NCBI RefSeq assembly: GCF_003918875.1
Contig: NW_025765958.1
Location: 310,001 to 374,000, forward strand
Source: Haliotis rubra
Taxonomy: Eukaryota
Reading direction: 5' to 3'
DNA length: 64,000 bases
The number at the start of each line of letters is the position of its first letter. Positions within the stretch are counted from its first letter, which is position 1. Under the pieces are notes generated by a model. The model saw only the letters and a program-made list of their open reading frames with translations. It searched no databases and was not told the DNA's origin. A program made the position numbers and the translations under genes. Below, one piece after another: positions 25,756 through 39,209 of this stretch.

Positions 25756-27997
25756 GTCATATTCCTATTCAGGAACAAACACGGTTAAAAAGAGAGTGTC
25801 CAGTTTTAATATAAGATTCAAAGTTGAGAAATGGTCGCATGTTTTGATGACGCGTGACAACATAAACCGATTCCCATGTGTTGATGTTGTTTTATAATTT
25901 TCTGAAAATTATCATACTTGCTGATTAATTTCATTGTGCTAGCTAGACTGGTCCTTTGTGTGACAGCCAATGACACGAGCGTTGTGTCATAACTGCAGTG
26001 CGCTGCTGTTGAAAGGGAAAGGATGCTGATGACATGATACTAGTATTTCACGATGAGGATGAACAGCCCTGTTACTCTCCCTAAACGCTATGTATTGATC
26101 GCTCTTCACTAAAGCCTGAATTCAATCACGATGTTGTACTTGTACGTGAGAGGTGATTTACGATGTTATTTACAACAAATGTGTGTTTGACAACAGGGAA
26201 TGTTAACATCCTAAATACTTACATATCTGAAGTACTTCTCTATACAACATAGTTTCCTCAAGAAACTCGTCTTTTCTCCTTTGTGCTATGTCTATTATGT
26301 TCAGCTTTGTCTTATGTGTGTCAGAGAAAATCGATCGATCAACAGGAAATCCGTTGTATAGGTGTCTGTCTCTTAGGCATGCCTGACACTTACATGTATG
26401 GTCGTGGATTCGAATCCCAGACTGTCACGATCATGTTCCCTACATACTGAGTTCCATCTAAGCAGTATGCGTCTCTTAACATTGGGCTCTCCTTCAGCAC
26501 CTTGCTGATATGTCGTGATGTAAGTTAAGGACTAAATCATTATGGTAAGACCACCTTTCTCGAAAACGGATAATCTGATCACTTGTCGATGGTTACCACG
26601 TCTTCAAGGTGTCCACACATCCGATTCATAGATCGGTAACCCAGGGATCGTTTTATTGTATTCTTCAATGAAGGATTAAAAACATTTTTTTGCCTAATAA
26701 TATGAACAATTGGCAAAGAAAATGGTTTAATGGATATCCCCTGCAACCGTTGCTCTATGTACCGAAGAAGGGGACGCACGGAGGTATGCGAAATAATTAT
26801 TTGGCACGTAGAAAATATCGTATTAATCACCATTCCATTCAATCTGTTGGCGGAACACTTTGTTCGAACTAGGTTATATATATGGGAAAAATCTGCTTAT
26901 TCGTTGATATTGTAACGTGTGTGGAAAATAGGAAGAATATGCACTAAGTTGGTAATGCGCATTGTTTTTTTTAACGTTCTGTGGACTATTGTGCAGTTCT
27001 TCACGGAGCGTTTCTAAAATGTGTGAATCTGATATTTGATGCCCAGGTCTATTTCCTAAGATTGCGCATTGTGTGAATCAAATAACATGATTTTGATGTG
27101 ATCATATATGTGAAACACATTATGAACCTCAATAGTTTTCGCCATGTCCTTTCAAGGTATTAATCCAATTTGGCTCCTATCCGGTGCAGCCTTGACATGT
27201 TTGCGTTATGCAGCATTAGCTGGCACAACTGACCGAGTAGTCCTCAGCAACCCACGCTTGTTTTATCAAGCGATTATGGACCTGAATGGCCAGGAATGGA
27301 CCAAGTAATCGAGCTTGACTTTAAACAAGCCAGCGAGCCTGATCACCCAATCCCATTAGTCGCCTCTCACGACAAATATGAGTTCCTGAAGACCAATTCT
27401 CAGCAGGTAGGTGGTACGTTAGGTCACGGGACTGATTGCATGTAATCTTAACCTAACTTTGCTCATGATGTTGGTCACTTGATTGGCTAACCAAACATCA
27501 TCATTATCGTCATATGGTTGGGCCATTGGTGACTGGCACGGGAATGAGTAGGCAACTCAAATGTATCTAAATTCGTACATATGTACAGTCAGTAAGAGAA
27601 CAGTTTGTCATCTCACATGTGTTTATATGGAAAAAGTTGTAACACTTTTTATGGATACAGACATAACCTGAAATATCTCTACTTCACAGGAGAAATCACT
27701 TTGCGTGAAAATTAATGTACTTCGCGTGACTCGTTGCCGCCATTTAGATAATTAATAGTGTTTGTGCGAATATGTGTGGCTTTGGAGTCATATCTGGTTA
27801 CTGGTCTACAAACTTATATGAGACGCCTGAGCGTCAGGCAGGTATCTTCAAACCTACACAATCTAGTCCATCAGACTCGCAAACATTGTTTCGCTTGCAT
27901 CCTTCTGCGATGTTTACAGCGTATCAGAGTCAATAAGCTTTCTGGAAGAGAAGCATCCTTTTCTCGCGCTGAACAGCCAGCAGAACAGGCGCGCTTG

Positions 27998-28057
27998 ATT
28001 GGTCGTCCTAGATCAATACGGAATGTCGAGATAGAGGCTGCAGGCTAGGTGTTTAAA
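27998..28057 (+). promoter_or_regulatory. Candidate GPCR promoter (reverse CCAAT box, TATA-like element)
   Basis: ATTGG at 27998-28002 and TTTAAA at 28052-28057, in a locally CpG-richer, repeat-free stretch just upstream of the candidate exon. Confidence 0.3.
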
Positions 28058-28084
28058 GTAAGATCAGGACAACGGAGAAGAGCC

Positions 28085-28159
28085 ATGTCTGCGGAAGACT
28101 CTCTAACTTCTTCCTCTTCTTTGGAGTCTTACCCGCATCCCGCTTTATCTTTCAATACG
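28085..28159 (+). CDS. Candidate first coding exon of the GPCR (MSAEDSLTSSSSLESYPHPALSFNT)
   Basis: gccATG context, 25 codons, then a strong phase-0 donor G|GTGAGT. The phase matches the acceptor at 43070. Confidence 0.55.
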
Positions 28160-29625
28160 GTGAGTCGACTTTTTAAGACTTATGGAACATTGTTATATTA
28201 TTTAAATATGTCCAACATTTTACTTGATCTAGGTATTTATAGAGATAGTTTTGTAATAAAATATGTGATTACTGGATTTGAATTCAGGAGGTGTGACCAA
28301 AAAAAGGTTTTAATCGGGTTCAGAATTCTTATATAAATGAATGAAATTGTTTTGTATCATTCCCAAGTTAACACGTTTCTAGTTCATCAGTTTGTTAATC
28401 TGAGTGTACATTATGTGACATAGCCATTCTACCTCGATTATACAACCAATAGTTTGTACCCCTAGTTTCCACATGTTGTAGTCAATACCTTGTTTCATAC
28501 GAAAAGCTTTGTTAGCTTTTCCGAGCGAATAGACTATACCACGAGAGCAAGTCTCCTAAGTAAGTAAGTTTTCCTCTTTATGGACCCATCTTATTGATAC
28601 CAGGGCGACGGTAACACGTTGTTTCGCATGTGAAAAAAGATCACATTGGTTCCATAAGTGTAAGGTTCTCCGCGATGACATAGTGCTGACAGGTATCTGT
28701 AGTGATTTGAGAATATGTCGACTTTCTGTAACACAATTCGTACAATATCATTTAAAATATTGATTACATTAGGACTGAAAGACCCGATGCAATGTATTTC
28801 TGACGTAAACTCTTTTGTATGGTATTAATATCTGTATAAGAATAGAAACTGAAACTGAAACTAACTTTTGCGAATGAATTTCTTAGTTTATCACACTTTC
28901 GTGTGTCTGGAGATTAAGTTGTGTCCAGTAGGCAACATCTGTGTTCTTTTGGGCGGCTTAAATCACTGGTATTCTTGTGCAAACTCAGTTATTTACTGAT
29001 CGATGCGACACGGCTGTAGTTGGTGTTCCCTTGGATTTAAGTTTACGCTATTCACGTATTTCTATTCACTCTTTAACGCCAAGTAATTTTAATAAATAGG
29101 ACATGTCCAGTGCTTCCGATTAAAACTGACGAAGCAATAACCCATCTTCGAACTCATCGGTAATTCATTTGATGTCACATTGTTATAAATTTTGATCGGG
29201 CCCCTGTTCATAGATGACTTGGCCACACCATCTGTGCTGACAGTGTTGTCATCATATGGAAACACCCTGGTTCAGTGCTCAACATCTTGCATGCATACAA
29301 TTTCACTGTCGATAAAAAGACGCCTGTCTTTACATTTATACCATCAATTTCCAATCACTGTTAATGCAGCATATTTAATGTATGATGTCATTGCGCGTAT
29401 ATATTGATTATATATTACATATTGATCCTGTAAACTTGCCAATCACTCTGTCGCGGTGTCTGTAGAATATGTAGAGGATGTCCTCGTATTGATTCCGTGT
29501 AGAATCAAGTGGGACCAGTGCAACATCGATGGAAACTACATACGGCGCCCTATGCAGTTCTGTTGAAACAACGTAACATCAACGATACTTATATGTGTAG
29601 TGTGGATCTTAAATATATACTACTG

Positions 29626-29860
29626 TGTGTGTGAGTTAAAATTTATCGTCACATCGGCAATATTTCAGCCATATCGTGGCGAGAGAAAATTATACGTTAA
29701 TAAAGAATATATTTAAGCGATATAAAATGCTGTCGCCAAAGGACAGTACAACAACTTGATTATCACATTTTATTTAAAATTAGTTTGAGGGCATATAAAA
29801 TAGTAAACTTATTATTAACAACATAATATAAAGATGGGCTCGAGGTCGCCAGCAACCAGG
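29626..29860 (-). mobile_element. Family D retroposon fragment
   Basis: Tail gtcacatcggcaatatttcagccatatcgtg plus body homologous to 32146-32398. Confidence 0.8.
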
Positions 29861-30259
29861 GTCAGGCCGCGATACTGGGAGCATTTACTACTGTGGTAAA
29901 ACCCAAAGGTGTGAATATTGTGCAGGCAAACAAACCTCCCTGGAGTATCCTGCAGATACCGTTGTCTATCAACCGTTGACTGTCGGGGAACTCACACGCA
30001 TACAATTTCTGTTTGCTGTTTGGCGCAGGAAAAAAAACCCCAGTAACTGTAATAATGTTGTAAGAGAAAAAATATGACAATTTGAGTGTTACAGTTTCCA
30101 TATTATCAAATTTGTGCGACCTGTTGGGCGTAAACACAAATTCAATCACAACCACATAATTGTCACATGATTGTCTAGGGAGGTGGCACCTCATCGCTGT
30201 GCCAAAATTATGTCTTCTTGTGGGTATTATGACTACTAATAAAATACCGTACGTAAAAC

Positions 30260-30393
30260 GGGGCGGTGGGGTAGTCAGGTGGTTAACGCGTTCGCTCGTG
30301 ATGCCAAATATCCGGGTTCGATTCCCCACATGAGTACAATGTGCGAAGCCCATTTCTGGTGCCCCCCGCGGTGATATTGTTGGGATATTGCTA
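30260..30393 (+). mobile_element. SINE, family B
   Basis: Homologous to 11748-11914. Confidence 0.85.
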
Positions 30394-30589
30394 ACACATC
30401 CGTACTTACGGATTATATTTATACTTTGAAGGTCGAATTCTAAATCCGGCAAAATAGTGCCTGATCGTGTTTGTAACGGATATGGATGGATATTTGCATT
30501 ACGTTGATAGGGTTTTGTCGCTTCTCTTAAGATGTTTAGATCGACAGAGCGAAGTCTAAGGTTTCTAAGTAATTAGGAATAAAGTAGCG

Positions 30590-31400
30590 TGCTCCTTGAG
30601 ACAGGATTATAGTAGCCTGTGTTTGGCAACAGGCATAAAGTAGCATACGTTTGGAAGCAGACAACAGAGTAAGGTGTGATTTAGAAGGCATGGAAAAGTA
30701 GCATGCGCAAGGAGGCAGGAATAAAATACGTACGTTTGGAAACACACAACGGAATCATGCGTAAGACGACATTGACAAGAAGTAGGTATTAAGAGGCAGG
30801 AATATTGTCGCATTAGTGTGGAAGCAGAAAATGGAGTGGTGTGTTAGACGGTATGGGTAAGTAGCATGTGTTAGGAGGCAGGAGCGAAGTGGCATGAGTT
30901 TGGAAGCAGACAAAGCAGTCATGAGCATGAGAAGGCAGGAATAAGAAGCATGTGTTGGGAGACAAGAATATAGTAGCAGAGTCATTGAGAAGGCAGGAAT
31001 AAGTAGCATGTGTTGGGAGAGTGAGTTGAGGGAAGCATGTGTTGGGAGACAAATATAGTAGCATGAGGAAGCAGACAAATGAGTCATGAGGAATTGAGAA
31101 GGCAGGAATAAGTAGCATGTGTTGGGAGACAAGAATATAGTAGCATGCTTTTGGAAGCAGACAAATGAGTCATGAGGAATTGAGAAGGCAGGAATAAGTA
31201 GCATGTGTTGGGAGACAAGAATATAGTAGCATGCTTTTGGAAGCAGACAAATGAGTCATGAGGAATTGAGAAGGCAGGAATAAGTAGCATGTGTTGGGAG
31301 ACAAGAATACTGCAGCATGCTTTTGGAAGCAGACAAATGAGTTATGGGTAATTAAGGAGGCAGGAATAAGTAATATGTGTTAGGAGGCAGCAATAACGGT
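30590..31400. repeat. Minisatellite with an 86-bp unit built from ~28-29-bp subunits
   Basis: About three near-perfect 86-bp units at ~31060-31345 (gaattgagaa recurs at 31091, 31177 and 31263), with degenerate flanking copies. Confidence 0.95.
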
Positions 31401-32145
31401 AGTTGCGTTGTGACTGAAATGTATCATGTTTACATTTATTTGAATTCGGCAAATGCCTTTCAAATCTTGATGAAACTTTTCGCAGTCTCGTAGCCCATGA
31501 CATTGATGATATATAGGAAATCAATGGGGATTTGAATATTTCACAACATGTCGGATATAGTCGGGGCGGACGAGAATATGTGGGGCAAATCAATACTTGC
31601 TAATCTGGTACACCTGCTACGGATATAAACATACGTCAATAGTGGTCAATACATCACGCACTCTTCGTCCAGAAATACATGAACCGTATGAAAAGGTTAT
31701 CTATGTTGATTTACTCACATTGACGAATGCTATGTCGTGACGCAGTCATTTTACTCTTACGCTGAGTTTGAAATAATAGCCTGTAAACTTGTCTGCCACG
31801 TCAAGATAAATCAGACGTTGATAACAGGAAAAACACGAATCATTGAGGTTGAATCAGATTCACAAATCCATTTCCTTTCTCGGGTTGTACGAAAAGTGTG
31901 CCTGTCCCGGCAAGTTAGAATTTGGAGTGATCATAAATCTTCGCTCACTCTTTAAGTGTCGCCGAATGCCTTTAAGGCTTTTCAGCGAGTCCCACCTGTG
32001 GAGCAGCTTGTGTCCATCGTTTCGTGAACATTTGTTTTACACTGCTGGATATTGATACCTAAACATATGCTCATGATATAGTCATAATCGTAAATTGACT
32101 GTTGTTATGATTATGGAAACGGTTTTATCTCCATTATCTTTCAAG

Positions 32146-32398
32146 TGAGTGAGTATTATTTAACGTCACATCGGCAATATTTCAGCCATATCGTGACGAG
32201 AACATTTGACATGAAAATTTAATAGATATAGATATTATAAAAACCTGCCGACGAAGGACAGTAAAACAACTAGAATATCACAATTTGAAGTAAAACTAGC
32301 GTGGGAACTTTAAAACTAATAGCACTATAGGGACAATACAATATAAAAAACAGGCTATAGATCGCCAACAACAGAAGGTAGATCACCATACTAGGGAC
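32146..32398 (-). mobile_element. Family D retroposon, 5'-truncated
   Basis: Perfect 15-bp TSD ccattatctttcaag at 32131-32145 and 32399-32413. Confidence 0.9.
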
Positions 32399-33614
32399 CC
32401 ATTATCTTTCAAGAGAAAATCTACGTTCCGACACTTGTACTGTTTGTATCTGCATCAATATGGGCTGAAGATTTGTTCCGATCCACAAATCGTTCGCAGC
32501 GATACGACCTATCGTAACTCTATACTACATCATTGGCTTACAAATGACGTAGTGATACGAAAGCTTTATTGTTAGGGTCCCAGACCAATTCCTGAAAACA
32601 TCGGAATTAGTTGTTGCAAGGTCGAAATATTCAGTTTTTGAAGGAGACATTTCTATTGATAATTATCCATATGAACACAACTGATTCGTACATGTATTTC
32701 AATCTCATATTTGTAAATAAAACATATCCAATGGGCTCAAATGTGTCTTCGTCCATATCCGTCACTGCGCAATTAGGAACGCTAAAGAGCCATATGCGAA
32801 TGGCATGATTTCGTATCCAAGCTGTACATTGTTTTTCTTTAAAACCTATCGAGCTTTCTTCGTGTAACCCTCTTATGGAATTATCCTTACGTCGGCGATC
32901 AGTCAATATACCGTTGACAGGCTCTGACATCGGGGCCATGGGAAAGGTCAGATAACGTCGATAGATCTTATCTATGGGTTGTATTGACAATTTGTATTAG
33001 CATCCTGAAACTATCCTGGAGCGTAACATGAACCGCATCCATTCATCATTCAGAGTATTCTGAGTAACAACGGTGAGAGAAAAACTGTTTGTGGCAATGT
33101 TTTTCTTCTACGGTTTTCTAAAGTACACTGTAGTAAAACATCGACTATCTGATACAGTTTTATCAAAAATATTCATAAGCGATACTGTACCTCTTAGCAC
33201 CTGTGTACACACGTTGTTTACCGACATTCAGTATCGTTTTAAGGGACATTCCATATGTCAAATCCCATTACACTATCAAGTATGTATTCTGTAAATATCA
33301 TATCTCGGGGTTTTAGTAGGTGGTAATGCACATAAGGTACGCTAATGATGATGTATATTTCCTGCTCACAAGTAGGCCTATACTTTAGCCTCTAGCTGTG
33401 CTTGAGGTATGAGTCGCATATACAACGATGTTATCTGCTGGTTCTGCTGATTATGATCCTTGGCAAGTCATAATGCTCGTGGGTTTCACCGAAGCAGAAA
33501 ATGACATGAAATTTCACCACTTTCTCATCTTCTCCCACATGTCAAATACGGGGATTATCAGCGTATAAACAACCATGCTTTCCGAACGCACACGCACACA
33601 CACAAACAAATATA

Positions 33615-33776
33615 TACCGAGGAAAAAAAATAAGGGATCACATGAAAGCACAAGTGTTCCCTTATTCCTTTCCAGGTTTCTTCACAGCTATGCGATACGA
33701 AGCTTGTGAAGAAACCTGGAAAAAAATAAAGGAACACTTGTGCTTTCATGTGATCCCTTATTTTTTCCCCTCAGTA
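33615..33776. mobile_element. Fold-back MITE, TA-flanked (Tc1/mariner type)
   Basis: About 75-bp near-perfect inverted arms, tac(c/t)gagg...aaataagggatcacatgaaagcacaagtgttcc...ttcttcaca, with TA on both sides. Confidence 0.85.
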
Positions 33777-35980
33777 TATATTAATTGATTTTGCATTATA
33801 TCTCAAATTTGAAATTGGTACACGGGCTCTGCAGTTAAAAGGAATTGCTGTAGTAGAAACAATAAACCTTGCAGGTAGAGACACCATATGTCATTATATA
33901 TCCTTGTTTTAATGTCTGCGCAACTTACACTAGGTGTACAAATGAAGTTATTCGTTGTTGTTTAATTTGCTCAAGGGTTTACGATTATTTAATGTCATAT
34001 GAGTTTTCTAACTAGACATTAAGCTACAAGTCATACATGGATACAGAAATCGTCCAGTGACCTTGATCCTGGTAAGATGGGTAGATGATGCAATGTGGGA
34101 TGACGTTAATGTGAATAATTTATAACATCAATTGAACACAAGCTTGCCAGTTCCTGGCCTGTCTACTTTGAAGTTCTGTTCCATAAAACGTTATTCATGA
34201 ACAGTAACTTACAACAAAAGCCGATTTAGAACTATACGGATTTGCAATGATATTTTAGTGAACACCTGGTGTTATTTTGAATTCTTACTGTTAAACGTAG
34301 ATAAACATTGTATATGTTTATGTTTATCAACTTGTCGTAGTCGGATAACGGAGATTACTTACGATCGTGGAAAAATGTTGTGTCGCTTTTTTCACAATTA
34401 ATGTTTCGAACAGTGACTGAAGTAGCATCACTGAAATGGGAAAGTAAGTGGGTTGTAGGGAATTCACGTGTTGATTGGTAGGTTGGTTTCCATTCCTGAC
34501 AGTGATGATCGATTAACGACCAGGTGTGGCCTCATGTGGCATGCTGAAACGTTCTCTAAAACAGTGTAATTATCTCACATGTTTCTGACATAGAACTAGC
34601 CCTTTCCTATTGTGTTACGTTTGCACGTTGTAAACGTATGCCTATATTAAGTCCCTTATGACACATTGTGTGTACTGAAAACTTTCAAATAGTGTTATGA
34701 AAATTGTATGTGTTTAGAAGACTAAGAAAATGACGATTGCCTGCCTAATGTTTTCACATTATAAACTAACGTCAATTGCAGATGATATTTCCAAATGATA
34801 TGCTTATTTACAAGACGTATGTTCGGTAATTATTACATTTGAAATTGGGTCAAACGTCAAATGTTCAAGTACGTCTGTTATTCATTACATATTACCTCGT
34901 TACACATTGACCCTCTATTTGATGGGGTCCTCTTAGTCGTCAACGTGTCGTGGGCAGTAAAGCTCACGTTACTGATCACTCCATTACCTTGTCAAGTTAA
35001 AGTCCAAGTCGCTGTACTATTGCACGAGTGCTGATAGGTACAGATGGAGGCACACTCTCTTTCGTTCTCTTGAAACGTCTGCAGGTGCTAACGGCAGAGA
35101 AGGACAGACATATGTTTAAATGGGTATTCTAGCACGACATTGGGTGATACTCGATTCTGATTGGCTGAGAGCTCATCAAAACCGTTCTTAAATGGCAGTT
35201 TAAGACCGCTAATTAAAGTGACCGATTCACCGCGTATGAATACAACGAACTCGTTGACCCTATTGTTTGTATACAAACATGTCGGACATCGGCAATTTCT
35301 ATCTCGGCAGCATCTTTGGTGTTTTTGAAGTAAAAAGCGAATGGTTTGAAGAAGAATTTCTTGACCCTAATCCCAGTGAAGAAACTACGAAGCTGGAAAA
35401 TCCGTCAGCAGCGCAAAAGCGGCAGTATATTTAAACCGGGTCCAGATCTACGTGTGCTGACGTCAACAACACACGTCGGCCCACACGTCCTAACCTGACC
35501 GCTTCCGCCCCGGCCGTAATGCCCAATCCTTCCACTTCCACTGTCCATGTTTCCAACATAAAACGTGGCATGTCAGGTCTTTTCCAAATTGGGAATAGTA
35601 GGGTGGTTATCAACAATTATTTCCGTGAATAAAGTTAGCGGCGACTAAACTTAGCGAGTTCGCGGCTTGAATTGGGGCGAGTCGATTGTCATACAGTAGG
35701 GGAGATCAATAATTCGCTTGAGTAAAATCAAATAATTGTACTTGCTCACAGTATAAACTGTATTTTTTTTATTTATGTATGCTACTTGTTACAAATACAA
35801 GCATACTGGTTCCTAAAATAAAGCATTTATGTTGTTGAAAATGTCTTATTTTGTTCATTACACAACCTGTCCCTCAACGGGACGATTCCAAGCGATTTCA
35901 AAGAGAAAGGGCCCTTCGCGCCTTGTAATCTTGCGCGCCAAAAAGTTCGGTTTTAAAACGCTTATCAGTCGTGCTAGTAT

Positions 35981-36111
35981 GAAGATAAAGCTACTCTGTT
36001 TTCAATATTGCGAACCTTTATCGTTGATTTAAGACTGCTAAATTAAACATTTAGCGGTCTTAAATCAACGATAAAGGACCGCAAAATTGAAAACAGAGTA
36101 GCTTTATCTTC
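35981..36111. repeat. Long near-perfect palindrome (~62-bp arms, ~5-nt loop)
   Basis: gaagataaagctactctgttttcaat...gctaaat / atttagc...attgaaaacagagtagctttatcttc. Confidence 0.92.
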
Positions 36112-36547
36112 TAACTATGAGTAGTTTCAACCGAGATTTTGTCAAGATTGTGAAATGAATAACTGGGTTTCATAGGAAAATCGGATATATTCTCTGCGTA
36201 ATTTTAGTAATAATGAACACACACTGGTGTTAGTGTTACAATCAGAAAATGCTACTGATGCTACAGTTCTACTTGCTGAAGCACTGAATCAGAGTCGTTT
36301 ACAGGTGACGAGCTACTTGAGACATATGTTCGACTGAAATCACGTTATTAAAATGCCAATGGGACATAAACGTGCTATCACACGCAAGCTTGTTTAATAT
36401 TTAATGTATTAATTGCGGTTTAAGACTTAATGAAACCTCTGTTGGTGGAACTAAGTCAAGCTTATGAATACATAGTCCACGCATCGACGAGATCAATAGC
36501 ATACTTTGGTCGAATTTATCAGAAAATACAACTTCAACAATACTTCA

Positions 36548-36715
36548 GTGAGTGAGTGAGTTTAGTTTTAAGCCTCATTTAGCAATATTCCAGCAATATC
36601 ACGGCGGGGGACACCAGAAATTGGTTTCACACATTGTACCGTTGTGGGGAATCGAACCCGGGTCTTCAGAGTGACGAGCGAACGTTGTAACCATTTGGCT
36701 ATCCCATCGCCCCCA
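36548..36715 (-). mobile_element. SINE, family B
   Basis: Reverse-complement homology to 11748-11914. Confidence 0.88.
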
Positions 36716-36815
36716 TACATAAGTGACTATTATAAACTTAATACTATGCAACGGCATACCTTTAGAAAACAGCATTAAAACATTTACAAACATATCAATA
36801 TACCCTTTGTTGTTA

Positions 36816-37905
36816 CAGTACAACCAGAAATTATTGAAAATTCAAAGATTGTAATTTTCTTTATTTTCTTCACTCATTACTCACGTATTAAATGTGAATA
36901 TTAGCAGAACATAACTCCAGATTCAAAGACAGGTGAGCAGTTAGTATTTTGTCAAGTCACCATGGGCAGCAATGCAGGTTTCAATGCGGCGGGGCATATT
37001 ACTGATCAAAGAAGTTAGAAAGTCGTGGTCCATGCTGTCCCAATATCGGACCACCTCTTCTTTCATTTCAGCAATACTTGACAGATTTTTCTTATTGACA
37101 CTTTCCTTCATAAGTCCCCAAACATTTTCTATTGGATTTAGGTTAGGGCTATAGCTTGGCCAATCTAATAATGTCAATTTCGGACTGTACTTTGGGCGCT
37201 GATACAAAGGTTTTTCAGTTTGTTTGGTCCAGGATTTTCAGTGTATTAGGAAACAGCCACACAACGTTCATCTGAGAAAAATCACATTATCCCAGTTAAC
37301 ATTTCTATGCTGTAAGCACCAGTTCAACCTTCGCTCCTGTTGTTCAGGTTTCATGATCGGTGATGGAATTCCTCGACTTTTCTGCCAGCCCATTGCATGC
37401 AGCTCAGTTCTAATTGTCTCCTTACAGACAGCCACAGTTCCTCTATCAATTATATCCAGTCTTAAGTTTTCTAAACTCCTTCGTTTGTTTTTAGAAACAA
37501 GAATACCAAGCCGCCTCCTGTCACCGACAGTCAATTTTCTGGGCCTACCTGCGCCTCCCTGGTGCTCAATGCCATATCAATTTGCAATATTTTTCAAAAC
37601 ACTATAAACAGTGGACAAAGGGATGCCTGTTCTACTTGAAATCACTTTATCTGATCTGATGTCCTTGTTATAATACTCTCAAATCAACTTCCTCTTCTCT
37701 AAATCATCCATACTGAGGATCACTGAAAATGTCGTCTGCTAGCAAGTAAACAAAGGGGGATAACTCTTCACAAACTAATGAAAAATGATTCGCGGGGTTG
37801 TCTCTCTTGAATGAAACCAAGCACTTGATAGCTGGTCAAGGTTGTTTATACTAGAAATCCAATTAAACATATTCCTAAAATTCTCAATAATTTCTGGTCA
37901 TACTA
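36816..37905 (-). mobile_element. Tc1/mariner element with both TIRs and a defective transposase
   Basis: About 27-bp imperfect TIRs (agta..accagaaattattga.aatt) flanked by TA. The transposase from ATG 37711 to stop 36941 has stops and frameshifts. Motifs ERRLNWC..H..W.NVIF, WPSYSPNLNPIENVWG and SMPRR-like/GDLTKY* are present, and the middle of the DDE domain is deleted. Confidence 0.93.
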
Positions 37906-39144
37906 TATCTGTAATTATGGTCAGGTGAAATAAAGCCCAGTGACGTTGGCCCATCATCAACGATGCTGAGTCAATTTCAGTAGCCCAGGGACGATGAGAG
38001 TTTCCATTATTTGCCACTGACACTAGTTCCTGCAGATTATAAGTAGGCGCTTTGATATAAGCAGCGTGCGATACAGATGTACATTCATTAAACAAGTGAT
38101 CTGTTCACGGATGAATAATAATTTTAACAACAGAGGATAAGAATTGAGAAACGAGTTACTGTTTTACTGTCATGACAGTTTGGTTAATCGATCGTGTCTT
38201 TATTTACATCGCGATAAATGTCGATATTAGATGATGGTTCCAATGAGGTACCCGTGGAGACTAGGCCCTTAACAGTCTATATATGGATCATGGGATCAAT
38301 TTGGTGTCGTTTTATCCCGGCGGACGCTGCTCATATTATCGATCACTAGACTGTCTGGTATATATTATGTACAGACTGCCGTCATATAGGTGGCAGATTG
38401 CTGAGCAAATTTAAGTAAGACAAGGGCTCCCCCTACAATGAGTGAGTGAGTGAATGAATGAATGAATGAATGAATGAATATAGACAACATGAAACAGACA
38501 AAATTGACGATGACCATCTATGAGTCTTGGGATTGAATAAGAAACCATCAAACCATTGGCATGGTTTATTGTCTCCAGAAAGTTCTGTGTAGGTTTAGAC
38601 TGGCGTATGAATGCAGGATGCTAAACAGGCAGCGGCCTCTATATTCGCCAGAATATTGAAAGTTACTGTAACGTCCAAGTCCTAGAACAATCAGTTTTCA
38701 ATCAATGACCCGACAATACAGATTCCAAATTGCGCAAATTGCGATACTGTTGACATTCATGAATGAACAAGGACCTCTAAACATTTAATATGTACATTGA
38801 TATGAAATAAATACACGTGATTTGAGAAAATTTGCAAGTATCTATCTTATCACGTACACTGTCTGTCAATGCATCAATCGTCACCTGATGCATGAATGAA
38901 ATGCAAGATATTCGTCAAAATCCTATACAGAATCGATTGGTCGTGTAGGCACCTATATGATGAACGTTTAGGTCACTGGCATATCTGGGGGTGATGGGGT
39001 AAAGCGGTTAAAGCCTTCGCTCCTAACGCCGAACACTGGTACATCTGTTGATGGAAATGGTACGTCGACCTAAGGTTATATAACGCATTAAAGGGATAGA
39101 ATTAACGGGATTTCACTTAAAACACCTTTACATTCTTCTGTCTG

Positions 39145-39209
39145 AGTGAGTGAGTGAGTTAATATTTAACGTCACATCGGCAATATTTCAGCCATATCGT
39201 GACGAGAAC
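39145..39209 (-). mobile_element. Family D, tail-only insertion (65 bp)
   Basis: 11-bp TSD tcttctgtctg at 39134-39144 and 39210-39220. Confidence 0.85.

Noticed and set aside
29862-30452. 196-aa minus-strand ORF
   Set aside because: Runs through an antisense family B SINE and starts at a non-ATG codon. No domain is recognisable.
30536-31290. Several overlapping ORFs and a CRISPR-like periodic appearance
   Set aside because: These are products of the minisatellite. There are no unique spacers, no cas genes, and the context is eukaryotic.
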